Assembly (NCBI GenBank): GCA_020348985.1
Contig: CP070761.1
Span: 2,114,016-2,129,669, forward strand
DNA from: Candidatus Thorarchaeota archaeon
Lineage (GTDB): Archaea > Asgardarchaeota > Thorarchaeia > Thorarchaeales > Thorarchaeaceae
Direction: 5' to 3'
DNA: 15,654 bases
Position 1 is the stretch's first letter; every line of letters starts with the position of its first letter. The notes below the pieces were generated by a model. That model was not told the DNA's origin, did not search any database, and worked only from the letters and a program-made list of their open reading frames with translations. The position numbers and the translations under genes are program-made. Below, piece by piece: positions 14,943 to 15,654 of the stretch.

Positions 14943-15654
14943 TCACTTTCTGAACACAATCTGGTAGAATGTATCGTTCATAACGTATGAAATCTCTATA
15001 TCTTTGGCCTTGTCAGGAAGGTGCTCCAAGGGCGGCGTGGCTGCAAACAACGAGTTTGCTTCAATAATCTGTTTTCCTCTCTCAGACTTGCGTACCTGAG
15101 GCGAAAGACCCTCATCAACGACAACCACAGTGCCCTCCTTTTTGACAATCCTCAACATCTCATTCAGGGCGCCAGGTATGTCCGAGAACGTGTTTATGCC
15201 TCCAGTGTGAAGCACCATATCGAAACACGAGTCAATGTAGGGAATGTTGAAGACACTGCCATAAACAAGATTCAATGGCAAATCGTTCTCCTTCGCTTTT
15301 CTTCTTGAGACTTCTAGCATACCTGTAGACAGATCCATGCCATGAAGGTTGAAGCGTCCCATTTCGGTGTCGTAGAGTTCAGCCAATGCCACGAAATTCG
15401 CTGCCGTCCCGATGCTCACGTCAATGATTCTCAACGGACCCTCGATCGGGATGAATTGGGCCATCTGTTGCCTTTCTTTCATCATATCAATACCGAGCCA
15501 TTCATCGTACTGTTTCACACGTTCGTCATACACTTCGGCCATTTCGTTGTATTCTGCAATCCACTTCGCATCCTCCTCGCTTATCTGTGGATACACCAAT
15601 GATGGTATCCCTTTGCTCACAGTCCATGCATGACCTTTCTCGCAAACAAGCGTA
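14943..15654 (-). CDS. Class I SAM-dependent methyltransferase (UbiE/Methyltransf_11-like) with an N-terminal Trm112-like segment; 5'-partial
   Basis: Motif I variant IIDVSIGTA, GMDLSTGML, IPYIDSCFDMV, ALNEMLRIVKKEG. The frame stays open to the window edge and reads TLVCEKGHAWTVSKGIPSL, so GTG 15620 is probably not the real start. Confidence 0.88.
   Translation of the reverse strand, partial: TLVCEKGHAWTVSKGIPSLVYPQISEEDAKWIAEYNEMAEVYDERVKQYDEWLGIDMMKERQQMAQFIPIEGPLRIIDVSIGTAANFVALAELYDTEMGRFNLHGMDLSTGMLEVSRRKAKENDLPLNLVYGSVFNIPYIDSCFDMVLHTGGINTFSDIPGALNEMLRIVKKEGTVVVVDEGLSPQVRKSERGKQIIEANSLFAATPPLEHLPDKAKDIEISYVMNDTFYQIVFRK

Overview
This window is archaeal chromosomal DNA, very likely from an Asgard archaeon (probably Thorarchaeota-like). 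The evidence is two tandem Asgard-type profilin genes, archaeal GGTGA/GAGGTG ribosome-binding sites and TATA boxes. The left part (1-9588, + strand) is a tightly coupled operon: a 5'-truncated giant membrane-anchored surface protein with about 9 Ig/MG-like repeats and a C-terminal DUF4129-like domain, then a DUF4350-like protein, a MoxR AAA+ ATPase, a DUF58/vWA protein, an unknown polytopic membrane protein and a DHH/DHHA1 phosphoesterase. Next come an OPT-family transporter and DUF167 (- strand), two profilin paralogues (+), a winged-helix regulator (-) and a methyltransferase with a Trm112-like N-terminus that runs off the right edge (-). The most unusual stretch is the apparently intergenic 14.0-14.9 kb. 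It holds a TATA box embedded in one copy of a bipartite repeat (CCAAACCTT-N6-GATTCGGTG, second copy 153 nt downstream) and a 110-nt predicted four-way-junction RNA. It ends with a string of three SD-coupled micro-ORFs (35, 28 and 39 aa) missed by the ORF track, two of which look paralogous (MAL-x-K...Lys-rich...[FY]AY-x(1-2)-RR-stop). All family assignments come from motif recognition by eye; no searches or folding programs were run.
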